Below are positions 8,198-16,868 of a stretch of 64,000 nt of DNA, one piece after another. Numbering within the stretch: the stretch's first letter is position 1; each line of letters begins with the position of its first letter. Position numbers and translations under genes: made by a program. Below the pieces are notes generated by a model that was not told the DNA's origin, did no database searches, and worked only from the letters and a program-made list of their open reading frames with translations. Origin of the DNA: Parcubacteria group bacterium Gr01-1014_31 (GTDB taxonomy: Bacteria > Patescibacteriota > Patescibacteriia > Buchananbacterales > GWA2-38-13); NCBI GenBank assembly GCA_007376135.1, contig VMFR01000001.1:452360-516359 (forward strand). The letters are read 5' to 3'.

Positions 8198-8305
8198 ACC
8201 CAGTAAGACAACGGTCACCGCGTGACCTTTTCGTTATCTCTCGTAAAGTTATTCGCATATGGTTATATCACCGTGTTCGATCTGTCCGTTGTCCTACTGG
8301 GCATG
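8195..8305. repeat. IR-bracketed intergenic element E1 (terminal inverted repeats CATACCCAGTAAGACAAC / GTTGTCCTACTGGGCATG)
   Basis: 17/18-bp inverted repeats flank about 75 bp that contain the GGTCACGCGTGACC palindrome. The left repeat includes the fbaA ATG. The right repeat lies inside the 3' end of tpiA and encodes a C-terminal extension. Confidence 0.55.
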
Positions 8306-9069
8306 GGGTTGAGGGCGGCGGAAATGACCGCCAAGAACGTTGCGGCGTCCAAACTCGCGCTGCCCACCAGCACGCCGTGCAGGGTCGGCAGCTGCGTGAA
8401 CGACGCCACGTTGCTTGGATTGACGCTGCCGCCGTACACGATCTGCACCGAGCGCTGCAGCACGGCCGCGCCGTACAGGTCAATGATGATGTGCCGAATG
8501 ACCTCGGATGCGTACTGGACTTCGTCCGGGGTCGCCTCAATGCCGGTACCACCGGTGCTGATCGCCCACACCGGTTCGTAGGCGACCACCAACCGGTCGT
8601 CCGGCCCAAGCGTTACCCCTTGCAGCGCCGCCTGCAGTTGGCGGATGAGCACGTAATCTTTTTGGCTGCCGGAACGCTCCTGGTAATTTTCCCCAATACA
8701 CAGCACCGGCGTCAGCCCCGTACGCAGGGCCGCCTCCAGTTTCCGGTGCACCTGCCCGTCGGTTTCCTGCATGTGTTCCCGGCGCTCGGAATGCCCCAAA
8801 ATGACATACTGACAGTCCAGCTGGCGCAGATCGGCCGGCGAAACCTCGCCGGTGAATGCGCCCTGCGTTTCCCAAAAACAATCCTGCGCGCCAAGACGCA
8901 ACGTGCTGCCCTTCACGGCTGCCGCCACGTGCGCCAAGCTCAAGAACGTCGGGCACAAAACGACCTCAGTGCCCTGCGGCAAGTGCCGCGCGGACTTCAC
9001 CATCGCCTGCGCCAGCGCGACACTCTGCAGGACGTCCAATTTCATTTTCCAATTCGCGATGGCTAGCAT
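8263..9069 (-). CDS. tpiA: triosephosphate isomerase (about 15-aa C-terminal extension)
   Basis: Motifs NWKM, GHSERR, AYEPVWAISTG and YGGSV. Start trimmed to MLAIANWKMK. The last about 15 codons (NPMPSRTTDRSNTVI) are encoded by element E1. Confidence 0.85.
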   Translation of the reverse strand: MLAIANWKMKLDVLQSVALAQAMVKSARHLPQGTEVVLCPTFLSLAHVAAAVKGSTLRLGAQDCFWETQGAFTGEVSPADLRQLDCQYVILGHSERREHMQETDGQVHRKLEAALRTGLTPVLCIGENYQERSGSQKDYVLIRQLQAALQGVTLGPDDRLVVAYEPVWAISTGGTGIEATPDEVQYASEVIRHIIIDLYGAAVLQRSVQIVYGGSVNPSNVASFTQLPTLHGVLVGSASLDAATFLAVISAALNPMPSRTTDRSNTVI

Positions 9070-9071
9070 AC

Positions 9072-9605
9072 TCAATAGTATACACCGTCCGGAACAAACC
9101 AACCCAACAGGGCCGAACCGCTGTAGGTAACGGCCAGCATGATGCCGCCCGCGATCAGCAGCCCCAGCAGAATAAGCGGCAGCGCCCGGCGCGAAGGAAT
9201 GCCAAACAGCCAAGCGGCCAGCGACGCGGTCCACGCGCCGCTAAGCGGCAGTGGCAACGGGAAAGCGACGAACAGCAGCAGCGCGAATTCGCCGTACCGC
9301 TCATACTTCTGTGAGAACTTGCCGCGGGTCCGCGCAAACAGCCAGGAAAAGAAACGTTCGGCCAGCCTGGACCGGCGCTGTAGCCACCGTGAAACTGGTT
9401 CGGCCAAGGAAAGCACCAGCAGCGCGACCAGGAAACTCCCGGCGACCGCGCTCGAGAATGCCACGCCCGCCGGCAGCCGGTACTTCAGGATGGCGAATGG
9501 GATGGCGACGGACAGCTCCACCGATGGCACCATCGCGATAAGTGCGGTGCCCAACGGCGGCGGCAGCACGGCAACCCACGAGAAGAGGGCTTGGAAAAAA
9601 TTCAT
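9072..9605 (-). CDS. putative small multidrug export-family membrane protein (Sm_multidrug_ex/COG2426-like)
   Basis: Four predicted TM helices. ...VELSVAIPFAIL... and ...PLPLSGAWTASLAAWLFGI resemble PF06695. Start trimmed to MNFFQALF. Confidence 0.45.
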   Translation of the reverse strand: MNFFQALFSWVAVLPPPLGTALIAMVPSVELSVAIPFAILKYRLPAGVAFSSAVAGSFLVALLVLSLAEPVSRWLQRRSRLAERFFSWLFARTRGKFSQKYERYGEFALLLFVAFPLPLPLSGAWTASLAAWLFGIPSRRALPLILLGLLIAGGIMLAVTYSGSALLGWFVPDGVYY

Positions 9606-9633
9606 GCGGGAAAAGATCAGGTGAACACAAGGG

Positions 9634-9642
9634 AGTATACCA
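9634..9642 (-). promoter_or_regulatory. extended -10 TGGTATACT upstream of membrane protein gene
   Basis: Minus strand GCGTGGTATACTCCC about 30 nt upstream of ATG 9605. Confidence 0.3.
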
Positions 9643-9651
9643 CGCCCGTTG

Positions 9652-10560
9652 CTACCCGCCCAACGCCGGCCAACGGAAACTGGAAAACGTCCAGGCGGCG
9701 AGCTGCACGGCGTCCTGAAATCGGGCATCTGCGGACGGCGCACCCAGCACTGCCACGCTGACCTGGTGCCCCGCCTGCTCGAAGATCAACGCTACGTTGT
9801 ACCCGCTCTCGTCAAGATACCCGGTTTTGCCGCCGACGGGGAGCGGATTGCCGTTCTTGCGGCCCTGCTGGAGCAGAATGTTGGTGCTCTCCGCCGTCAC
9901 CCGCCGGCCGGTGTTGCGTATGGTCAAACGGTAGCCGGACAGCTGCACTGCCGCGGAAATCATCGGATCGCTGAATGCCGCGCGCACGAGTTTTGCCGCG
10001 TCGGCGGCATGCGCGACGTTGCCGGGCTCCAACCCCGCAGGATCGACGAATCGGGTATCCGCCAGACCGAGCGCCTTGGCTTTCTTATTCATGGCCGCAA
10101 CGAACGCCTGGGGGGTCAGGCCGCTGGAACGCGCCAAGGCAACGGCGGCTTCATTGGAGGATGCAACCAGCATGACCTCGAAAAGGTCACGCACGCTGAC
10201 CTGGTCGCCGACCGAAAGTATCACCCGCCCGCCGCTACGGACATCCTCGGCCCGTAGCGTAACCAGCGCTTCCCAGTTCGGCTTCCGGTCGATGGCCACC
10301 AGCGCGGTCATCAATTTGGTGATGCTGGCGAGCGGGTGCGGCGCAACGCCCTCCCGCCGGTACAGCACGGCTCCGGAAGCCAAATCCACGACCGCTACCG
10401 CCAGGGCGTCCATCGCCGGCGGCGCGGCGGCCGGAGCCACCGCTGCCGGCGGGGAAACGGCCGGACGCACGGTCACCGCCGGCGCGGGCGGCAGGCCGGC
10501 GGTTACCGGCACGAACGCCGCGACCATCGCCGCCAGCAGGCGGGAAAACCACTGCCCCAT
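9652..10560 (-). CDS. D-alanyl-D-alanine carboxypeptidase (serine-type, PBP5/DacA-like)
   Basis: Motifs SITKLMT (SxxK), SSN and KTG. N-terminal Pro/Ala-rich signal region. Confidence 0.75.
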   Translation of the reverse strand: MGQWFSRLLAAMVAAFVPVTAGLPPAPAVTVRPAVSPPAAVAPAAAPPAMDALAVAVVDLASGAVLYRREGVAPHPLASITKLMTALVAIDRKPNWEALVTLRAEDVRSGGRVILSVGDQVSVRDLFEVMLVASSNEAAVALARSSGLTPQAFVAAMNKKAKALGLADTRFVDPAGLEPGNVAHAADAAKLVRAAFSDPMISAAVQLSGYRLTIRNTGRRVTAESTNILLQQGRKNGNPLPVGGKTGYLDESGYNVALIFEQAGHQVSVAVLGAPSADARFQDAVQLAAWTFSSFRWPALGG

Positions 10561-10563
10561 ACA

Positions 10564-11124
10564 TTAGGCCGCCGGTTTCACCGCCTCCGCCTCCAAGAGA
10601 CGGCCGACGGTATCCAGCGTATGGAGCCGCTGGTAATCCGGCAGCTGTTCGACGGTGGCGTACCCCAAATGTTTGAGAAAATCCAAGCTGACGACGTAGC
10701 GGATGATACCGACCTGCCGGTCGGCCTGCGCCTCTATTAAGCCCCGCATCATCAGGTTGCGGAGGATAATGGCGCAGTTCACGCCGCGGATCTGCTCCAG
10801 CTCGGCGCGCGTGACCGGCCCGCGGTACGCAATGATGGTAAGGGTTTCCAGCTGCGCACGCGTCAGTTCACCCGTGGTCTCCTGTTTCAAGAACCGCTGC
10901 ACTGCAGGAGCGGCACCCCCGGCGGTGACCAGCTGCACCTGACCGCCAACCCGCTGCAACAGGATACCGCCGTCCTGGCGCTGATCGTACTGCTGGGTCA
11001 AAGCAATAACTGCCTGCTCGGTATCCTTCGGGCTGGCTTCGGCCAAAGTTGCCAGCTCGCGCACCGTCATCGGACGGTTCGAGACCAGTAGTAGCGCTTC
11101 AATGGTCGCGGAAAGATTGGCCAT
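10564..11124 (-). CDS. scpB: segregation and condensation protein B
   Basis: ScpB winged-helix pair (…LTRAQLETLTIIAYRGPVTRAELEQIRGVN…). Adjacent to scpA. Confidence 0.8.
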   Translation of the reverse strand: MANLSATIEALLLVSNRPMTVRELATLAEASPKDTEQAVIALTQQYDQRQDGGILLQRVGGQVQLVTAGGAAPAVQRFLKQETTGELTRAQLETLTIIAYRGPVTRAELEQIRGVNCAIILRNLMMRGLIEAQADRQVGIIRYVVSLDFLKHLGYATVEQLPDYQRLHTLDTVGRLLEAEAVKPAA

Positions 11125-11136
11125 ATGGGGTGAGCT

Positions 11137-11838
11137 CTAAATGCGTTCAATGACAATATCCTTGAACAGCTCGTCCTGGCGGACGCTGACAGTACGCTGC
11201 TTGGCCAGCTCCAACACCGCCAGAAAACTGACGATGACCTCCATCCGGCTCTTGCTGGTCTTCAGAAGTTCGGAGAAACGCAACTTGGTCTCCTTCCAGA
11301 TCAGCTCGCGCAGCTGAAGGATCCGCTCATGCACCGTGATCCCGTTGGCCAGAACGCCTTTTTGCAGCGGCAAAAGCGGCGGCAGCGCGGAAACGACCCC
11401 CAGGAACATCTGGTGCAGGCGCGCGGCGGTCAGGTTGGGCGGCGGTGTAAATTCGGTCGGTTCCATTGGAACGAGCAGCCGTTCACGGGCGAAGCCGAAC
11501 TGCTTTTTCCGCAGCCGCGCGTTGACCACCAACGCCGCCAGGGCGAATTCCCGGTACAGCTTCAATTGCCGTTCCAGCTCCTGCCCCTCATCGGCGTCGG
11601 GCGGCTGCAGGTACGGCAAGAGCGTCCGCGATTTGATGAGGAGTAGCCTGGCAGCAACCGCCAGAAAATCGGCCAGGTCATTGGCCGACATCTGGTCGCC
11701 GATCTGCTGCAGCGTCAGCAGGTACTGCTCGGTCACCGCCGCCAGCGACAGCTGCGTGATGTCCAGCTTGTGCTCTTCAATGAGCTGCAGCAGTAAATCC
11801 AGCGGCCCCTCGAATTGGGTCGTTTTAATGGAATGCAT
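11137..11838 (-). CDS. scpA: segregation and condensation protein A
   Basis: N-terminus FEGPLDLLLQLIEEHKLDITQLSLAAVTEQYL is the classic ScpA kleisin. Confidence 0.8.
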   Translation of the reverse strand: MHSIKTTQFEGPLDLLLQLIEEHKLDITQLSLAAVTEQYLLTLQQIGDQMSANDLADFLAVAARLLLIKSRTLLPYLQPPDADEGQELERQLKLYREFALAALVVNARLRKKQFGFARERLLVPMEPTEFTPPPNLTAARLHQMFLGVVSALPPLLPLQKGVLANGITVHERILQLRELIWKETKLRFSELLKTSKSRMEVIVSFLAVLELAKQRTVSVRQDELFKDIVIERI

Positions 11839-11841
11839 GTA

Positions 11842-12375
11842 TCACCACTTTGAGCCCCAACGTTCCTCCATGATTCCCCACGTAATCGATTCCCACAACG
11901 AAAGAGTAAACCACAATCCAAATAGTACGACAATGAAAAGAATGGCTGCACCAAGTCCATAAATCAATCGATACCGAACCCACGGAAACCGAGAGAGTCT
12001 GACCGCAACCACCCAGTACAAGACAGATGCTAAAACCATAAATACTGTTCCAACGAGATAGAACGTCCGATGATGGTAAATGTAATCATTGGGAATGACG
12101 CAAGCGTAAGCCAAGCCGGAAGGACCCGGAATGTTCGGTACCCAACTGACACGGTCAGGGGCGAACGGATTGAAGTAATTGTAGACTGCCTCACGGTGTA
12201 ACTGCCCACCGTTCTGATCAACGCAACCATCATACTCAACTGGCAAGAAGCTGAGCGGTATACTAAGCAAACCCAACACGCCAACAGCAACACTGAGCTT
12301 CAATAGCAAGGGCCTATTTGGACGACGCTGACCAGCTGTCTGTTTACTAACTTTAACCACTGCCATCATAGGCAC
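11842..12375 (-). CDS. hypothetical membrane protein (lower GC than surroundings)
   Basis: Four or five hydrophobic segments, no recognisable motif. GC is roughly 45% against a roughly 68% background. Confidence 0.35.
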   Translation of the reverse strand: MPMMAVVKVSKQTAGQRRPNRPLLLKLSVAVGVLGLLSIPLSFLPVEYDGCVDQNGGQLHREAVYNYFNPFAPDRVSWVPNIPGPSGLAYACVIPNDYIYHHRTFYLVGTVFMVLASVLYWVVAVRLSRFPWVRYRLIYGLGAAILFIVVLFGLWFTLSLWESITWGIMEERWGSKW

Positions 12376-12393
12376 GATCCGTCAACCGAGTTA

Positions 12394-12918
12394 CTACTTC
12401 CTGTTAATCTTACGCTTGGCCTTCTTCGCTTTGGCCTTGGGCGCCGTATACCCGGCCGCGCCGGAAATACTGGCAAGTTTTGCCTGCTCCATCGCCAGAA
12501 AATCCTTCACCTTCATCCGCACCGAATCGGTGAAACTGCCGGCCTGTAAAATGATCTCCTTGGTCTTGCCCAGCCCGCGGTCGGCAATGATCTCCAGTTT
12601 GTGCAGCCCGCCGAACGCCGTCAGCGCCCCGGGTTTCACCTTCAGCACTTTGACCATTACCTTTTCGGGCACCATCGCGACGTTCTTGGCCCGCAACGCT
12701 TTCTTCAATTTCTTAAAGTCAATGCGCGAGCTGGCCGGCACGACCACCAGCACATACGCCTTGTCGGCCTTGACCAGCAGAGTCTTGCCGATCTCCTTGA
12801 GGCCGCGTTTGAGCGTCTGCGCCAAGTCATAGGCGGTAAAGACCGTCTTGTGGGCGACCACGTCGAACTTTTTATTCGCTTTTTTCAAATACGTTTCCAC
12901 GCGTTTCGGGATGGGCAT
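12394..12918 (-). CDS. YbaK/ProX-type aminoacyl-tRNA deacylase domain protein with Lys-rich tail
   Basis: ...TLLVKADKAYVLVVVPASSRIDFKKLKKAL... fits YbaK/EbsC. The C-terminal KAKAKKAKRKINRK tail is unusual. Confidence 0.5.
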   Translation of the reverse strand: MPIPKRVETYLKKANKKFDVVAHKTVFTAYDLAQTLKRGLKEIGKTLLVKADKAYVLVVVPASSRIDFKKLKKALRAKNVAMVPEKVMVKVLKVKPGALTAFGGLHKLEIIADRGLGKTKEIILQAGSFTDSVRMKVKDFLAMEQAKLASISGAAGYTAPKAKAKKAKRKINRK

Positions 12919-12973
12919 AATAAATTAATTAAAAAAATTAAGATACAAAGGTCAATAAAGATTCTATTGTATG

Positions 12974-13288
12974 CTAAGGCAAAACAGTTAATGGTGCTTC
13001 AAAAAAATTTACAAAAAACAAGTATAACCCAATTACGATAACGACGGCGGTGACGGAAATGGCGGTTAACCAAACTCCAACTTTATATATTTTTTTATCA
13101 TTACGACTACGAATCCGAAGTACAATTCCTACTGGTAACAACAATATCGCCAACAGCAGCCCAAGAATAAGTATGATATTGATAACGAACACCGTGAACC
13201 CCGTAGAACCTGAAATTAGGGTATAGGTTATCAGGGCTGCGAGAGAAATGATGAGTGACCAAACAAATATTTTTGTAAATTTTGACAT
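12974..13288 (-). CDS. hypothetical small membrane protein encoded in an AT-rich islet
   Basis: Three TM helices (Ile/Leu-rich). The surrounding 12919-13330 is about 30% GC, far below the genome background. Confidence 0.35.
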   Translation of the reverse strand: MSKFTKIFVWSLIISLAALITYTLISGSTGFTVFVINIILILGLLLAILLLPVGIVLRIRSRNDKKIYKVGVWLTAISVTAVVIVIGLYLFFVNFFEAPLTVLP

Positions 13289-13321
13289 AGATACTGAGAG
13301 TTAACGGCCGCAGATACTTTA

Positions 13322-13660
13322 TTAAATTTGGTTTGCACTTTTACCAGCTATCTTTTGTCGGACTTTCAACGGCAGTGTCTGCTGCACCCCGAGCAGCTTC
13401 CGGGCCATTCTCCTTCCCTTCGGGGTCAGGCGCACGTGGTCAAAGAACCACTTCTGCGCCGTCTTCCTGCCAAACCCAACGACCAGTTCCTTGGCAATCA
13501 GCCGCTCCACGCTGCGGGCAACGATAGTGGAAAGATCGCGCGGTTTGGGCTTGCGCGAAACGCTGTCGTAGTAACGAACGATTGCCTGGCGCCGCACTGT
13601 GCCCTGCGCGCTGCTGGCGGCCTGTTTCAGGATATAGCGTTGGAGCGCGGAGAGCGTCAT
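13322..13660 (-). CDS. hypothetical protein (basic, possibly DNA-binding)
   Basis: No recognised motif. Arg/Lys-rich. Confidence 0.3.
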   Translation of the reverse strand: MTLSALQRYILKQAASSAQGTVRRQAIVRYYDSVSRKPKPRDLSTIVARSVERLIAKELVVGFGRKTAQKWFFDHVRLTPKGRRMARKLLGVQQTLPLKVRQKIAGKSANQI

Positions 13661-13678
13661 ATGCCCCGCAACGCGGCC

Positions 13679-15505
13679 TCATTTCTTGGCCTTTTTCGCG
13701 GTAATTTCCGGGTCCAGCCGCAGCTTCAGCTCTTTCAACTGCTTGGGGTCCACCTCGGACGGCGCATTCATCATCGCATCCTCGGCGCGGCCGTTCTTGG
13801 GGAATGCGGTCACCTCGCGGATGTTGTGCTCCTCGCGCAGTATCATCACCATTCGCTCGATGCCGGGGGCAAAGCCGCAGTGCGGCGGCGCGCCATAACG
13901 GAATGCCGCGATCATATGGCCGAATTTCTTGTCCACGGCCTCTTGTCCGTAACCAGCAATTCGGAACGCCTCGTACATGATCTCGGGCACGTTGTTGCGC
14001 ACGGCGCCCGAGGACAATTCAATACCGTTGCAGACGATGTCGTACTGATAGGCCAGGACCTCCTGAGGATCCTTGTTCTTCAGCGCATGCATGCCGCCCT
14101 GGGGCATGGAGAACGGGTTGTGGCAAAAATCTATCTTTTTTTCCTGTTCGTTGTACTCGTACATCGGGAAATCCACGATCCAGCAGAAGGCGAGCTTCCC
14201 CTGGTCGACCAGTTCCAATCGCTTACCAAGGGTCAAGCGCGTAGCGCCCAGCGACGCAGCGACAATTTTTGGCGTATCGGCGCCGAAAAACAGGACGTCG
14301 CCGGGCTTTCCGCCCAATTGCGTAATGATCGTTGCCGCCAGTGCATCGCCCAAGAACTTCACGATAGGCGACTGCAGCGTGCCATCCGCTTTCACGATGA
14401 TGTAGGCCAGCCCCTTGGCGCCGAGTTTCTTTACCTCCTCGGTCATCTTTTCGATCTCCGTGCGCGAGAGTTTCGCCGCCCCCGGGGCGCACAGTGCCCG
14501 CACCACGCCGCGGTTCTTCACGGCATTGGAAAACACCGAAAACCCGCAATTCTTCACGAGCGCGGTGATATCCTCAATCTCCATCCCGAACCGTAGGTCG
14601 GGCTTGTCGGTGCCGTACTTCAGCAGCGCGTCCGCGAAGGTCAAGCGCGGCAAACGGCCGTTGACCAACGGCACGGTTTTGTTCGTGAACTCCTTGGCCA
14701 AGTCCAAAAACAGCGGCTCCATCAGGTTGAAAAACTCGTCCTGCTCCAGGAAGCTGGTCTCCACGTCCAGCTGGTAGAACTCGCCGGGACTGCGGTCGGC
14801 TCGTGCGTCCTCGTCGCGCATGCATGGCGCGATCTGGAAATATTTATCAATACCGCCGACCATCAAAAGCTGCTTGTATTGCTGGGGCGCCTGCGGCAGC
14901 GCGTAGAACTTGCCGGGATGCAGCCGAGACGGCACCAGAAAATCGCGCGCCCCCTCCGGCGAGGACGCCGTCAAGAGCGGCGTTTCCACTTCCAGGAAAC
15001 CGCGGCTGTGCATCCAGTCGCGCAGGAATTTGATGACCCGGGCGCGGAATTCCAGATTTTCCAGCATCCGATGCCGCCGCAAATCCAGGAAGCGGTACTT
15101 CAACCGCAGGTCTTCGTTGACGTCCTGCGTACTGGCCGCCCCCTCGCCTTCCGGCATCCACGTCAGCGAAAATGGCGGCGTTTTCGCGGGGTTGAGGATC
15201 TCAATGCCCGTAGCAAAAATCTCCACCTCTCCCGTGGAAAGCTTGGGGTTGATCATTTCCGCCGGCCTGCGCTCCACCGTGCCGGTCACCTTGATGACGT
15301 ATTCGTCGCGCACCTTGTCTGCGACTGCCCAAGCGTCCTTGGCTCGCGTCGGGTTGAAGGTTACCTGGGTCAGGCCGTACCGGTCGCGCAGGTCGATAAA
15401 AATCACTCCGCCGTGGTCGCGGCGGCTGTTCACCCATCCGGAAAGCGTTATCGTTGTGCCCGCAGCAGAAGCGCGCAGCTCCCCGCAGGTGTGCGTGCGA
15501 AACAT
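13679..15505 (-). CDS. aspS: aspartate--tRNA ligase
   Basis: Class II aaRS motifs and an N-terminal OB fold (…GWVNSRRDHGGVIFIDLRDRYG…). The C-terminus has the GGIDRMVM-like GIERMVMIL. Confidence 0.9.
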   Translation of the reverse strand: MFRTHTCGELRASAAGTTITLSGWVNSRRDHGGVIFIDLRDRYGLTQVTFNPTRAKDAWAVADKVRDEYVIKVTGTVERRPAEMINPKLSTGEVEIFATGIEILNPAKTPPFSLTWMPEGEGAASTQDVNEDLRLKYRFLDLRRHRMLENLEFRARVIKFLRDWMHSRGFLEVETPLLTASSPEGARDFLVPSRLHPGKFYALPQAPQQYKQLLMVGGIDKYFQIAPCMRDEDARADRSPGEFYQLDVETSFLEQDEFFNLMEPLFLDLAKEFTNKTVPLVNGRLPRLTFADALLKYGTDKPDLRFGMEIEDITALVKNCGFSVFSNAVKNRGVVRALCAPGAAKLSRTEIEKMTEEVKKLGAKGLAYIIVKADGTLQSPIVKFLGDALAATIITQLGGKPGDVLFFGADTPKIVAASLGATRLTLGKRLELVDQGKLAFCWIVDFPMYEYNEQEKKIDFCHNPFSMPQGGMHALKNKDPQEVLAYQYDIVCNGIELSSGAVRNNVPEIMYEAFRIAGYGQEAVDKKFGHMIAAFRYGAPPHCGFAPGIERMVMILREEHNIREVTAFPKNGRAEDAMMNAPSEVDPKQLKELKLRLDPEITAKKAKK

Positions 15506-15585
15506 AGAGAGATTGTCGCATTTATTATAGTTGAAAAAGCACGGTATTTCAAGCGCGCAAACTTGATATTTTTTGGCTTAACCTA

Positions 15586-15618
15586 AACAAAAAATGAGCC
15601 TCGGTCGCTGGCTCATTG
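15586..15618 (-). terminator. rho-independent terminator after recO
   Basis: Minus strand AATGAGCCAGCGACCGAGGCTCATTTTTT: 6-bp stem + T6. Confidence 0.5.
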
Positions 15619-15636
15619 CCCCGGTCATAAAAAAAT

Positions 15637-16359
15637 TCACGCGCTCTTTGCAGTTGCGTGATACGCCACCAAGTCATTGGCCATCTGTTTCGCGGTACGA
15701 CGGGTGTCCGCGGACGCCGGAACGGCTGCTGCCGCGGGCAACGGATCTTTCAGCACGCTGCGCAGGTACTGTACGGTCTCGATCCCCAGTGCCGCCGCAC
15801 CGGAAACGCTCCGGGCGCAGGACACGCACAGCAGCGCACCGGCGGGCAGGTCGAACGAACCGCTGGCAACGCCAGCATTGCACCGGCCGCACCGGTCCAA
15901 CTGCGGCCGCCATCCCAGTAGCGACGACAGTTGCAATGCAAAGACGGTGGGGACCGCATCGCGTACCTCGGGTGCAGCACCATCATCAAGCGCCGTTAAG
16001 GCGTCACGAAGCAGCGCGTACGGCTGCGGGTCATCCTGGCCAACCCCGATCAGCTCCCGGCACAGCCGCAGGCACGCGCCGGCCGCCTGCATCCGTTCCA
16101 CGGTCCGCGCGATATTCAAAAAACGACGCCGGCACACCGCGCCGGTCAGCTTAGTGGTGGTCCCGCGCTGAACCAGCGTTACCACAGCCTCTGAGAACGG
16201 CTCCAGGTGGCCGGCCAACTTGCTCAAAATTTTCCCGCTCCCATCGGCGATGGCCTCGAGCCGACCGCCGTTCGCCGCCAGGAGCGTATACACGCGGTCA
16301 CCCTCGCCCCGCCGCTGGTGGCAGATGGTGATGGCCGCGGTCGTGAAATACGTGGACAC
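15637..16359 (-). CDS. recO: DNA repair protein RecO
   Basis: N-terminal OB-fold region and a C4 zinc motif CGRC…CVSC. Next to ruvX. Confidence 0.7.
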   Translation of the reverse strand: MSTYFTTAAITICHQRRGEGDRVYTLLAANGGRLEAIADGSGKILSKLAGHLEPFSEAVVTLVQRGTTTKLTGAVCRRRFLNIARTVERMQAAGACLRLCRELIGVGQDDPQPYALLRDALTALDDGAAPEVRDAVPTVFALQLSSLLGWRPQLDRCGRCNAGVASGSFDLPAGALLCVSCARSVSGAAALGIETVQYLRSVLKDPLPAAAAVPASADTRRTAKQMANDLVAYHATAKSA

Positions 16360-16469
16360 AACGAAAAAAAATCAAAATTCAAAAGGCAAAATTCAAAAAG
16401 ATGGTGGCAGGTATTCCGGCCCGAAATACTTTCAGGCCTCCAAACTTTTGAGTTTTGGCTTTTGACTTT

Positions 16470-16862
16470 TTACTTCGCCGCCTCGGCGTCCAGCCATCCC
16501 TGCAGGATGAGCATGGCTGCGGTGGCGTCATCCCGCCCGCGCATGCCGCGCTGTAAACGCTGTGCCATTTTGGTGCTCAATCGCTCGTCGGAAACGTGCA
16601 CCGGCAGCCTGGTCGTTGCCGCCAATTCCTGGGCAAATAATTTTATCGCCGCGGCCGAACTGCCTGCGAAGCCGCCAACGGAGATCGGCAAACCGACCAC
16701 GATCTCCTCGATCCCCTCATCCTGGCAGAGCGCAAAGATCCGCGCCAATAATCCTCGCTGGCCGCGGTTCTCCCAAATGGCCAACGGCACGGCGGGAGTG
16801 CCGGCGGCGGCCTTGGCCAAACCTACCTTGCGCTTGCCGTAGTCAATGCCAAGAATGGCCAT
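16470..16862 (-). CDS. ruvX: Holliday junction resolvase-like RuvX/YqgF
   Basis: MAILGIDYGKRKVGLA… is the YqgF N-terminus, with a conserved Asp/Glu pattern. Confidence 0.8.
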   Translation of the reverse strand: MAILGIDYGKRKVGLAKAAAGTPAVPLAIWENRGQRGLLARIFALCQDEGIEEIVVGLPISVGGFAGSSAAAIKLFAQELAATTRLPVHVSDERLSTKMAQRLQRGMRGRDDATAAMLILQGWLDAEAAK

Positions 16863-16868
16863 GCTGGT

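Noticed and set aside
8222-8581. Plus-strand ORF starting at the ATG embedded in the E1 right repeat (MGLRAAEM…), antisense to tpiA
   Set aside because: It overlaps the conserved tpiA coding region on the opposite strand and has no motif support. The GTTGTCCTACTGGGC-ATG context probably comes from the repeat's palindromic design rather than a real gene.
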